A stretch of 64,000 bases of DNA, taken from positions 1,536,001 through 1,600,000 of the forward strand of contig CAXXQS010000002.1 of NCBI GenBank assembly GCA_963674735.2. The letters run 5' to 3'. Made by a program: the position numbers and the translations under genes. How positions within the stretch are numbered: position 1 is the stretch's first letter; each line of letters starts with the position of its first letter. Shown here in pieces: positions 39,063 to 48,299 of this stretch. The notes under the pieces were generated by a model. That model was not told the DNA's origin. It saw only the letters and a list, made by a program, of their open reading frames with translations, and searched no databases. The stretch is from Myxococcota bacterium (lineage in GTDB: Bacteria; Myxococcota_A; SURF-8).

Positions 39063-41303
39063 TTACGGCTGTGGTTTCTTCTGTTGCGGCAGATCGGTTT
39101 CCGTCAGGCGCAGGCGGCTGCGTTCGAGTTGCAGGCGCAAGCCCGTACCGGCCACGCGCTGCACGCCGAGAAAGGCCTTGACGCCGGACAGACCTTCTTG
39201 GCTGTTCATCAGAACGCCGCCGATGCGTTCGGATTGGCCGGAGGCGATGTCGACGCCGTTGAGCACCAGCAAGGCGCGTTTGCCGTCGAGGATCGTGAAA
39301 AACAGGCGCGCCCGTCCGCCGTCGCCGAGCAGGCGCAGGTTCAACGTCACTTCCAATCCGCTACGTGCCGGGATCTCCAGGCCGTCGGAGACGAGCAGTT
39401 TGTGGATGCCGTCGTCGTCGGGGACGGTGAGCGTTTGCGGCGGATAGAGGGTCGTTTCATGCTGATAGCGTCCACCGACCGAGGCGCGCCCGCCGCCGGT
39501 GAGGCTGCGCATGGCCTGCATGCGCGCGACCTGCCGGGAGTCCAGCTCGGTCTTTTCGTGCTTTCCGGCAAACAGACTTTCCTCGATGCGGTAGCCCTCG
39601 CATTGGCTGAAGTCCAGGTCGCAGACCGTGAGCGCACCCGACGGATCGTAGAGGTAGCTGCGTTTTTCGTAGTTGCTGCCGAAAAAGGCCGGTCGGGGCG
39701 CGTCCGGGTAGGTTCTAAACAGGCTGCGTCCGACGACCTGCGGCGTCCGGTCGGCGAGGCCCAGGTAATCCACCAGCGACAGGGCCAGGTCGGAGAGGAA
39801 AAAGGACTCCGTGACGACGCGGGGGCGTTCGTTGGGGACGAAGGCGGCGACGAGTCCCCAATTGCGGCTGAGGGTCTGCGTCAGGTTGTCGTAACCGAAA
39901 CTCATGCCGACGGATTCGTCGCCGGTGAGCACAACCAGCGTATCGTCGAACACGCCTTTGGCGCGCAGACGCTCGAAGAAATCGCCGAGGGCTTGGTCCA
40001 GATAGGCGAACGCGCGTTCCCGGTCTCCGCTTTCACCGGAGGGGTCGCCGTCTGCGGCGGAGGCTTTGGCTTGCGGCGGCAGAATGTAGGGATGGTGAGT
40101 TCCGGCGCTGAGCAGGGTCAGAAACCAGGGCTTGTCTTGCTGCTGCAGCTCGTCGATCAGCGAATCGGCGCGTTCGAAAAACGCCCGGTCGTCGACGCCC
40201 CATTCGTTGCGGGCGTAGCCGTCCGTGAAGCTCTCTTCGCCCAGCACGCGGTCGAAACCGGCGGCCGGCATGAACTTGTCTTTGTGCATGAACCACAAGG
40301 GCGCGGCCTGCATGTACACCGCTTCATACCCGGCGCGCTTGAGGATGCGCGGCAGGCAGTCGCGCGACGGGTCGAGGGTGTAGTCGGTCATTTTGGCGAT
40401 GCGCTCATCGAGTTTCGGGTAATCGCCGCACAGGATGGTGTATTCCCCGCGATTGGTTTCGCGTTGATGATTGACGATCGAGGCGTAGGCCAGGGCGTGT
40501 TTCAGGGCGGCGTCCGTTTTTTGCATGCGGATCGGATCGTAGGCGATGCCGTGGCGTTCGGCCAGGCTGGGCAAAAAGGCGGCGGAAATGGATTCGGCCA
40601 TGATCAACAGGACGTTGGTCCCGCGTCGTCCCAGCTCGATTCGCGGCTGTCCGGAGAGATCGGGCTTTAAAAGCTGCGACAGGGCTTTGACTTCGTCGGG
40701 GGCGAGAGCCGTCTCCGGGCGGGTGTCCGGGGCGAAGAGGCGGTTGACGTTGAGTGCCAGAAAGTTGCTGCGCCGCCAATCCGCCGCATCGAGCGTCGGG
40801 CGGGCCAGGGCGATGGCGATTCCCGCACACAGGACGGCCACCAGCACGAGTCGGCCGCGCCCTTCGACGGGGGCTTTCAGCAGCCAGACCGCCGCCAAAG
40901 GCGTGAGCAGCAGGCCGAAAACGAACAGGATCGGCTCGCTGATATTCAACGCCGAGCCGAACAGAAAGGTGGGATCGAGCAGGTATGCCAGAAATCCCGC
41001 CTTGAGCACCAAAGCGCCTTCGAGCACGCGCGCGAATTCGAAATTGGCGTAACAGGCGAGGCTCCAGCCGATAGCGGCGACCACCCCCGCCGTGCGCCTG
41101 AAACGGGGCAAGGCCAGTAGCAGGGCGGCCAGCCCCAGCGCCATCAGCAGATCGGAGCCGAGACCGAGCAGATCCTCGGCGGAAGCCGGGATGCGCTTGA
41201 CCGCCAGCAGCCGCCCGTGAAACAGAGCGGCAATCGTCAAGAATGCGGCGGTCAAGGCGAACAATCGCGCCGTCACGGGCCGTTGGGTGAACCATCGAGT
41301 CAT
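39063..41303 (-). CDS. LTA synthase/sulfatase-fold phosphoglycerol transferase-like membrane protein
   Basis: About 5 N-terminal TM; NVLLIMAES, T in RETNRGE, THHPY, LTGDE. Confidence 0.82.
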   Translation of the reverse strand: MTRWFTQRPVTARLFALTAAFLTIAALFHGRLLAVKRIPASAEDLLGLGSDLLMALGLAALLLALPRFRRTAGVVAAIGWSLACYANFEFARVLEGALVLKAGFLAYLLDPTFLFGSALNISEPILFVFGLLLTPLAAVWLLKAPVEGRGRLVLVAVLCAGIAIALARPTLDAADWRRSNFLALNVNRLFAPDTRPETALAPDEVKALSQLLKPDLSGQPRIELGRRGTNVLLIMAESISAAFLPSLAERHGIAYDPIRMQKTDAALKHALAYASIVNHQRETNRGEYTILCGDYPKLDERIAKMTDYTLDPSRDCLPRILKRAGYEAVYMQAAPLWFMHKDKFMPAAGFDRVLGEESFTDGYARNEWGVDDRAFFERADSLIDELQQQDKPWFLTLLSAGTHHPYILPPQAKASAADGDPSGESGDRERAFAYLDQALGDFFERLRAKGVFDDTLVVLTGDESVGMSFGYDNLTQTLSRNWGLVAAFVPNERPRVVTESFFLSDLALSLVDYLGLADRTPQVVGRSLFRTYPDAPRPAFFGSNYEKRSYLYDPSGALTVCDLDFSQCEGYRIEESLFAGKHEKTELDSRQVARMQAMRSLTGGGRASVGGRYQHETTLYPPQTLTVPDDDGIHKLLVSDGLEIPARSGLEVTLNLRLLGDGGRARLFFTILDGKRALLVLNGVDIASGQSERIGGVLMNSQEGLSGVKAFLGVQRVAGTGLRLQLERSRLRLTETDLPQQKKPQP

Positions 41304-41321
41304 GGGTGCCTGTCGCTTCTT

Positions 41322-43859
41322 TCAACCGGAATGGGTTGAAGCTTGGAGTTTTTGCAGCACTTTTTCGTGCAGGCCGCCGAAACCGCCGTTGCTCAGGACG
41401 GCCAGGGTGTCGCCGGGAGCCGCTTCCCCCACCAGAAAATCCGCCATGGCGTCGGGGTCGGACAGATGGCGGGCGGTTTTACCGCCTGCGGCGAGGTCGG
41501 CCACCAGGCGTTCCACGTCGAGCCGCTCCGCCGGTGGGATGCGCTCGGGCCGTGACGGATCGCCGATGACCACCACATCCGCCGCCTCGAAACACGCGGC
41601 CAGCCGCGCCTGGAAGACGTTGCGGCTGGTGGTGTTGGTGCGCGGATCGAAGGCGGCCAGCAGCCGTCCCTTCGGGTAGCGCGAGCGCAGGCCGTCGAGC
41701 GTGGTGGCGATGGCCGTGGGATGATGGGCGAAATCGTCGATGACGCGCACCCCGGCGATTGTCCCGCGCACTTGCTGGCGGCGTGCGATGCCCGCGAAGC
41801 GCGCCAGCACCTCGGGCAGCCGCGCGATGTCGTGGCCCAATTCATTGAGCAGCGCCACCACCGCCAAGGTATTGAGTGCGTTGTGGCGACCCGACATGGG
41901 CAGGCGGAAAGTCAGCAGTTCCTGCCCCGCGCGCAGAATCCGCAGCCGTTGGCCGTCGGTGTTTTCGTCGAGCCGCTCGGCCTTGTAGAGCGCATCGGGA
42001 TGGTCGCCGTAGCCGATGACCGGGCAGGGGGCGTGGGCGGCCGCGCGGCGCACGCGTTCGTGATCCCAACAGGCCACCAGCCGACCCTCGGCGGGCACGA
42101 GCGTGGCGAAACGGGCGAACTGCGCCTCGATTTCCTCGACGCTGTCGTAGATGTCCGCGTGGTCGTATTCCAGGCTGGTGACGATGGCGCCGAAGGGGCG
42201 GTAGTGCAGGAATTTCGGGTATTTGTCGAAGTAGGCCGAATCGTATTCGTCGCCCTCGACCACGAACTCGGGTCCGTTGCCCAGCTTGAAATTGGAATCG
42301 AAGTTGCCGAGCAGCCCGCCGATCATGAAACCCGGATCGCGTCCCAGCCCCTCCAGACACCAGGCCAGCAGCGCGCAGGTGGTGGTTTTTCCGTGGGTGC
42401 CCGCCACGACCAGTGGACGGCGGGAGGCCAAAAACAGGCGTTCGAGCGCACCCGGAAAGGAGTCGCAGGCCAGCGCGCGGCGCTGCACCGTCACCGCCTC
42501 GATATGGTCGCGGGTGCACACATTGCCGATGATGGTCAGATCCGGGGGCGGATCGAGGTTCGCCGGGGAGAAGGGCTGCTTGATGTCGATGGCCTGTTCG
42601 CGCAGGAAATCCGACATGGGCGGGTAGACCGCTTCGTCGGAACCCGAGACCGCGTACCCGGCCTGCTTGAGCATGCCCGCCAGACTGCCCATGCCGGTGC
42701 CCGCGATGCCGACCAGGTGGATGTTTTTCGTCGCGTCGGGCGATGGCGGTTGGCGGTAGGGACCGGGGGCGGTGGCGCCAAAAGCGGTGTAGATGGCTTC
42801 GTGAAGGTCGCGGCGCAGCTCGCCGATGCGGGTTTCCTCCCGCGAAGGATGCACGCGGTTGGTGAGCAGCGTGACGGCGATATCGCGGTCCATGTCGTAC
42901 CAGCAGGAGGTGCCGGTAAAGCCCAGATGCCCGACGGCGTGGGGCGAAATGAAACGCCCGGCCTGGGAGGTTTTCCAGGTGGGACGGTCCCAGCCGAGCA
43001 CGAAGGGCGCGCCCGGGGCGTTGTCGAGCGGGTAGACGAAGGCCTGGGCCGTGGCTTGCGAGAAAAGTTCACTTTCGCCGCGCAGGGCTCGCCGCCATTC
43101 CCGCAATAGTGCATCCACCGCCGCTGCCGTGCCGAACAGACCAGCATGGCCGCACACGCCGCCTGCCGCATGGGCGTTGTCGTCGTGCACCTGCCCGCAT
43201 AAAAGCCCGCGGCGCGGACATATTTCGGTGGCGGCGACCGAGCGACCGTTCAGGCGCGTGTCGCTTTCCGCTTCACCGATGGGCAGAAAAAACAGATCGT
43301 CGATACCCAGCGGGGCGTAGAGCTCCCGCGCACAAAATCGGTCGAGGCGCTCCCCGGACACTTCCTCGATGATGGTTCCCAGAAGGATGAAGTCCAGGTC
43401 GCTGTAGAGCGAACGCTGTCCCGGCGGTGCCAGCAGGGTTTCATCCCCGGCCAGGGTGAACAGCCGCCCGCGCGGGTCGTCCGTGTCGTCGAGTCGGTCG
43501 AAAAAAGGCCGCCAGTCGGCCAGGCCGGAGGTGTGGCGCAGCAGGTGGTGAATTCTGGCGCGCGCCTTGCGGCCATGCCGCCAGGTGGCCAGGTAATATT
43601 CCACCGGGGTGTCGAGTTGCAGACGGCCGCTCTCCACCAGTCGCGCCACGGCGCTGACGGTGGCCAGGGGTTTCGTGAGCGAGGCCAGGTCGAACAGGCT
43701 GGTGGCGTCGATGGGCTGGCCCGCCGCTCCATATTGCGTGACGCCCAAGGCGGTGCGATGAAGCGTTTGTCCCTGCCGCGAGACGTGCAACTGGGCGGCG
43801 GAACAGACTTTTTCGTGGATGGCCCGTTCGAGGCGGGCGTCGATTTCGGCGAAAGTCAT
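41322..43859 (-). CDS. mpl: Fusion of a beta-lactamase-like serine hydrolase and murein tripeptide ligase Mpl
   Basis: N-half FDLASLTK, YSD, GHLGFTG, LLTNR. C-half GIAGTGMGSLA, GTHGKTTT, EGDEYD, DDFAHHPTAI. One open frame. Confidence 0.88.
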   Translation of the reverse strand: MTFAEIDARLERAIHEKVCSAAQLHVSRQGQTLHRTALGVTQYGAAGQPIDATSLFDLASLTKPLATVSAVARLVESGRLQLDTPVEYYLATWRHGRKARARIHHLLRHTSGLADWRPFFDRLDDTDDPRGRLFTLAGDETLLAPPGQRSLYSDLDFILLGTIIEEVSGERLDRFCARELYAPLGIDDLFFLPIGEAESDTRLNGRSVAATEICPRRGLLCGQVHDDNAHAAGGVCGHAGLFGTAAAVDALLREWRRALRGESELFSQATAQAFVYPLDNAPGAPFVLGWDRPTWKTSQAGRFISPHAVGHLGFTGTSCWYDMDRDIAVTLLTNRVHPSREETRIGELRRDLHEAIYTAFGATAPGPYRQPPSPDATKNIHLVGIAGTGMGSLAGMLKQAGYAVSGSDEAVYPPMSDFLREQAIDIKQPFSPANLDPPPDLTIIGNVCTRDHIEAVTVQRRALACDSFPGALERLFLASRRPLVVAGTHGKTTTCALLAWCLEGLGRDPGFMIGGLLGNFDSNFKLGNGPEFVVEGDEYDSAYFDKYPKFLHYRPFGAIVTSLEYDHADIYDSVEEIEAQFARFATLVPAEGRLVACWDHERVRRAAAHAPCPVIGYGDHPDALYKAERLDENTDGQRLRILRAGQELLTFRLPMSGRHNALNTLAVVALLNELGHDIARLPEVLARFAGIARRQQVRGTIAGVRVIDDFAHHPTAIATTLDGLRSRYPKGRLLAAFDPRTNTTSRNVFQARLAACFEAADVVVIGDPSRPERIPPAERLDVERLVADLAAGGKTARHLSDPDAMADFLVGEAAPGDTLAVLSNGGFGGLHEKVLQKLQASTHSG

Positions 43860-43892
43860 GGCGTTTTCATATCTTACATCAAGAGGTTAGAG

Positions 43893-44813
43893 TTAGGGGA
43901 TGACGGCCGCTTCCAGGGCGGTCAGTTCGCCGTGCCCGGCGTTGAGGCGTGTGCGCACGCCGCAGGGCAGGGGGTAATTGGCCGCGATGTGACCGAAAGA
44001 GGCATCTCCCGCCAGCGGCAGTCCGTGGCGCTCGGCGATGTCGTGCAGGCGCTTGTGAACCAGCCGCCGATGGGTGCCGGAATCGTCGCCGTTGGCGGTG
44101 AAGTCGCCCGCCACCAGACCCGCGACGCGTTCGAAGACCCCCGCCAGATCGAGGTGTGTGAGCAGGCGGTCGATGCGGTAGGTGGCTTCGTTGACGTCTT
44201 CGAGGGCCAGAATCGCGCCATCCAGATCGGGAAAATGCGGGGTGCCGACCAGATGCGCCAGCAGGGTGAGGTTCGTGGCGCACAGGGGGCCTTCCACCAC
44301 GCCCGGCCGCAGCGGCGTCAGTGCTTCGGGGAACAGCCGCCCCGGTGCGGACGGCTCGCCGATCATTTTCTGCAAGGCCCTTCCCACCTCGGGTGGAGCA
44401 TCGGGCAGGCTGACGAGTTGCGGGCTGTGGAAGGTCACCAGCCGCGTTTGGCGTTGAATGGCGGCATGTAGGCCCGAAATATCGGAAAACCCCAGCCAGA
44501 TTTTCGGGTTGGCGGCGATCTGGTTCCAGTCGAGGCGTTCGAGCAGACGCAGAATGCCGTAGCCGCCGCGCACCGGGCAGATTGCGCGTACCGCCGGATC
44601 GCGCACCATCTGCATCAACTCATCGGCGCGCCGCTCGTCCGATCCGGCCAGATAGTCCTGCCGTTCGAAGATGTCGTCGCGAAAAACCACGGAATATCCA
44701 TGGTTTTCGAACCATTTGACCCCCGCATCGAAGCGGGCGCGTTCAAACGGACCCGCCGGGGCGATCAATCCGACGGTGTCGCCCGGACGTAAAACTCGCG
44801 GTCTTAGCAGCAT
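43893..44813 (-). CDS. ldcA: LD-carboxypeptidase (peptidase S66)
   Basis: RGGYG, GFSDIS, LEDVNE, FGH triad motifs; GGAGG RBS. Confidence 0.9.
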   Translation of the reverse strand: MLLRPRVLRPGDTVGLIAPAGPFERARFDAGVKWFENHGYSVVFRDDIFERQDYLAGSDERRADELMQMVRDPAVRAICPVRGGYGILRLLERLDWNQIAANPKIWLGFSDISGLHAAIQRQTRLVTFHSPQLVSLPDAPPEVGRALQKMIGEPSAPGRLFPEALTPLRPGVVEGPLCATNLTLLAHLVGTPHFPDLDGAILALEDVNEATYRIDRLLTHLDLAGVFERVAGLVAGDFTANGDDSGTHRRLVHKRLHDIAERHGLPLAGDASFGHIAANYPLPCGVRTRLNAGHGELTALEAAVIP

Positions 44814-45096
44814 ACCGAGCCATCCTCCCGATTTAATGAATCGTCTTCGAATCGCTGCCGCCATTTTGGGCGCTGGGGGGGGATTTGTCAACGTTCGCGA
44901 CTTTTCCGGGCTAAAGTTCTGGCTTCGAACGCCGAATTATCTTGCAGCGGAGACCACTTCCGTTTACCCTTTTACCATCCGGCCAAGGCGGACGGGGATG
45001 TACGGCGCACGAATCGTTGGGCGACCACCCCGTAATCCGACGAGGGCTAGGGTGTAAAAACGCGTGGAAGGTCTGACACATAGAGGGGAATTGTGA

Positions 45097-45125
45097 TTGA
45101 CACCCCGATCCGGGTTTGGTATAAG
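45097..45125 (+). promoter_or_regulatory. Sigma70 promoter of the Glt-like operon
   Basis: TTGACA-N17-TATAAG. Confidence 0.65.
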
Positions 45126-45224
45126 GAACCCCTCACTGTGTAGGGTTTTTTTAGGGACAATGCGGCACCGGTATCGGCGGGTGTGGCACGCAGTTCGGTG
45201 GTCAGGCATGCAGGAGGAGCGATA

Positions 45225-45932
45225 ATGCGCACCGCATGGTTAAGCTTATTCGTGATTCTTATCCTCTGGTTCGGCTTTGCCGCCCTTGGCGCGGCTCAAG
45301 AGCCGGCCTCTGGCCGTGAAGCGCCGACTGCCGCAGTCGGTGACGACACGGGTGGGTTGGCCTCGGCCGACGAGGTGTACGATCTCAAGATGAAAGAGTT
45401 GGAAGAGAAGGTCAATCAGCTCAAAGAGAAGATCTTCCGCTCCAAAACGCGCTTGCTGCTTTTGCAGGAAACCATTCTGCATGGCGTGATCGCCGGTTCC
45501 AAAGCGGTGATTACCCATAAAAACGAGATGGGCGGGGCCTATCGGCTCGAAAGTGTGGCCTACTATCTCGATGGTGCGCCGATATTCGGAAAGATCGATA
45601 TCGACGGCGATTTGAGCGGCAAAGAGTCCATCGAGATCTATAACGGCACCATCCAGCCGGGCAAACACATGCTTTCGGTTTACATGGTTTACCGTGGAGA
45701 TTCCTCGGTTTTCGTCTATGTGGAGGGAATTCAGGTAAAACTGAAGAGCAGCTATACCTTCAAGGCGGAGGAAGGGAAGATTTCCCTGATCGATGTCGTC
45801 GGCTTCGACAAGGGCGGGGTGATGGCCAAGTTCGAGGATCGGCCCGCCGTGAAATACAACACTCGGTTTACCGATTTGCAGGAAAAAGACATTGAGTCGA
45901 CTTCGGGTGCGACCGACAAGACCGCTCCGTAG
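45225..45932 (+). CDS. Secreted coiled-coil plus beta-sandwich protein of myxobacterial glt-like clusters
   Basis: Signal peptide; LEEKVNQLKEKIFRSKTRLLLL, HKNEMG, YYLDGAPIF; AGGAGG RBS. Confidence 0.75.
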   Translation: MRTAWLSLFVILILWFGFAALGAAQEPASGREAPTAAVGDDTGGLASADEVYDLKMKELEEKVNQLKEKIFRSKTRLLLLQETILHGVIAGSKAVITHKNEMGGAYRLESVAYYLDGAPIFGKIDIDGDLSGKESIEIYNGTIQPGKHMLSVYMVYRGDSSVFVYVEGIQVKLKSSYTFKAEEGKISLIDVVGFDKGGVMAKFEDRPAVKYNTRFTDLQEKDIESTSGATDKTAP

Positions 45933-45965
45933 GCGGAGGGTCCGACGATAGCGGAGATTCCATTG

Positions 45966-48293
45966 ATGCCATACGCGCAGCTTCCGATGAGCCTCAGAGT
46001 GCTGACGGTGTTGCTCCTGTTTGCGGGGCTGGCCGCAGGCGGACGCGCCGAGGCGGCCGTAGGCGCCGTGGATGAAGATCTCTCGGGCGTCGAGCAACGT
46101 CTCACCGACCTGGATGCCAGCGTGGCCCAGTTGCGAGGACGTTATGTGCGAACCCTGGAACTGCGGGCCGAACGCGAGTTCCGCTCCCGTTTCGAACAGG
46201 CATTGTTTCTTTACAACGACGGCGACTTCGTACACGCCTCGATCATTTTCACCGATCTGCTCGATTATCCCGACGTGGAACGCCGCAGCGAATACAGCGA
46301 CGTCCTCTGGTATCTGGGCGACTCCTTTGCTCGCAACAAAAACTACATTTCGGCGCGCGAGTGGCTGGAAAAGGTGGTGGCCTTCGGACAGTCGACCCCC
46401 CATTTTCGCGATGCGCTGGTCCGTTTGATCGAAATCTCGGTGGAACTGGGCCGTTTTCAGGAAGCCGAAACCTACTACAACACGCTCAGTCGGGTGGAAG
46501 GCCCGGCGGGCTACGAGCTGATTCAGTATGCCTATGCCAAATCGCTGCATAAGAAGGGGCGTCTCGATCAGGCGTTGCGCGCCTTCCGGCAGGTGCCCGT
46601 CAACGGCGCCCAGCGGCCGGAAGCCGACTACTTCATCGGCGTCATTCTGGTGCAGAAAAACCAACTCGAAGAAGCCTTGGCGATTTTCGATGAGTTGTCC
46701 AAGCTCGACGCCGACAGCGAGCGGCGTGCCGATTTACGCGAATTGGCCATGCTGGCTTCCGCTCGTATCCGCTTCGAATTGGGCCGCTACGAAGAAGCCC
46801 TGAGCCTGTATCGCCAGATTCCGGTGGATTCGAAATTCTTCGATCAGGCTTATTACGAAATCTGCTGGATTCACATCAAACAGAAGAAGTACGCCGAGGC
46901 GGCCAATACCCTCGACATCATGCTGCTGGCTCTGCCGGATTCGGTTTACGCGCCCAACTCCCAGGTTTTAAAGGGAAATATCCGCCTGTGGGAGTCGCGC
47001 TGGGACGATGCCCAGTACAGCTTCCAGACCGTCATCAACAAGTATGCGAACGTGGTCGACACCATGGATGAACTGCTGGTGCAGACCACGGGCCAGCGCG
47101 CCGAAGAAATCCAGACGCGCTTGCTGAGCCAGGAGTCCACCCTGCCATCGGTGGTGATGTCCTGGCTGGAGCAGGAAGAGGACGTGGCGGAAGTGCTGGC
47201 GATGAAAGAAAATCTGAAGGGCGGCGAAGAGGATGCCGAGGAATCGGCCCGCATCGTCGACTCGTTGAAATTGCATCTGAGCCAGGAATCGAAGGCCAAT
47301 CTCTTTCCCCAGTTGAAGGAAGGCCGCGAGCGGGGCTTAGCCGTCAAAACCGAGCTGACCGAAGTTCGGGGCCGTTTGGTGAGCTTGAGCAACGACCTGG
47401 TGGGCGATCGGATTACCGATGCCCAGCGTGAACGGCTGGTCAAGGTGCAGGCGCGTCGCCGCGAACTGGAAGAGCTGTTCGCCACCATCCCGAAGACGGT
47501 TCAGGCGCGGCACGAACGCCGTCAGCGGCAGGTCGCCCGACTCGACGAGCTGGACAAACAGCTTTACGCCCTCACGCTGCAGCTCAAAGGGCTCGACGAG
47601 GTGCTGGCCGAAGTGGCGGCTCGTCATGAAAAACAAACCGGCGATCCCAATATGTCGGCCGATTATCTGGCCAAGGCCAAAGCGGAGATCAGGGCCGAGC
47701 GGGACGATCTGAAAGGGATGCTGCGTTACGTCGAAGGTGTCCAGCGGGATGTGTCGCGCGCCATCGAACGCACCAAGATCGGCGATGAATCCGCCGACCG
47801 CGACGAGCGCATCCAGCGCGAATTGGAGCGGGTGCAGGCCGAAGAGAAGACCTTGCTGGCGGCCATGCGCAACGCCATGGGCTCCGACGAACTGACGTTG
47901 TTCGAGCGTATCGAACTGGCCAAACAACATTCCGACCGTCTCAACCAGGATGTGGAAGTGTTTTTCCTCGATCTGGAAAACATGGTGGGCGACCGGGTGC
48001 AGGCCTTTGTGCGCAAGGTTGAAAAAGAAGAGCGCGATCTGGCGATCTATATGAAGGATCTGCGCGTTTACCAGGACGATTCGGAAAAACTGGCGGCCGA
48101 AATCGCCTACAACAACCTGCAAAGCGTGCGCGACCGTTTTTACGATATCGTGCTGAAAGCCAACGTCGGCTTGGTGGATATCGCTTGGGAAAAGCGCCAG
48201 ACGATCAAAGACAAGATCGACGGCATTCTCGATCAGCGTAGCGACGAGAAGGAACAGCTCAACGTGTCCTTCCGCGAACTGCGCGGGGAATAG
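45966..48293 (+). CDS. Periplasmic TPR plus coiled-coil protein (GltC-like)
   Basis: Signal peptide, many TPR helices, long coiled coil, C-terminal ANVGLVDIAW. Confidence 0.8.
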   Translation: MPYAQLPMSLRVLTVLLLFAGLAAGGRAEAAVGAVDEDLSGVEQRLTDLDASVAQLRGRYVRTLELRAEREFRSRFEQALFLYNDGDFVHASIIFTDLLDYPDVERRSEYSDVLWYLGDSFARNKNYISAREWLEKVVAFGQSTPHFRDALVRLIEISVELGRFQEAETYYNTLSRVEGPAGYELIQYAYAKSLHKKGRLDQALRAFRQVPVNGAQRPEADYFIGVILVQKNQLEEALAIFDELSKLDADSERRADLRELAMLASARIRFELGRYEEALSLYRQIPVDSKFFDQAYYEICWIHIKQKKYAEAANTLDIMLLALPDSVYAPNSQVLKGNIRLWESRWDDAQYSFQTVINKYANVVDTMDELLVQTTGQRAEEIQTRLLSQESTLPSVVMSWLEQEEDVAEVLAMKENLKGGEEDAEESARIVDSLKLHLSQESKANLFPQLKEGRERGLAVKTELTEVRGRLVSLSNDLVGDRITDAQRERLVKVQARRRELEELFATIPKTVQARHERRQRQVARLDELDKQLYALTLQLKGLDEVLAEVAARHEKQTGDPNMSADYLAKAKAEIRAERDDLKGMLRYVEGVQRDVSRAIERTKIGDESADRDERIQRELERVQAEEKTLLAAMRNAMGSDELTLFERIELAKQHSDRLNQDVEVFFLDLENMVGDRVQAFVRKVEKEERDLAIYMKDLRVYQDDSEKLAAEIAYNNLQSVRDRFYDIVLKANVGLVDIAWEKRQTIKDKIDGILDQRSDEKEQLNVSFRELRGE

Positions 48294-48299
48294 TTTCGG

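Noticed and set aside
41322-43859. Beta-lactam resistance gene
   Set aside because: No signal peptide and fused to cytoplasmic Mpl; a recycling role is more plausible.
45183-45200. Sigma54 promoter TGGCACGCAGTTCGG
   Set aside because: The -12 element is GG rather than GC, and a good sigma70 promoter lies upstream.
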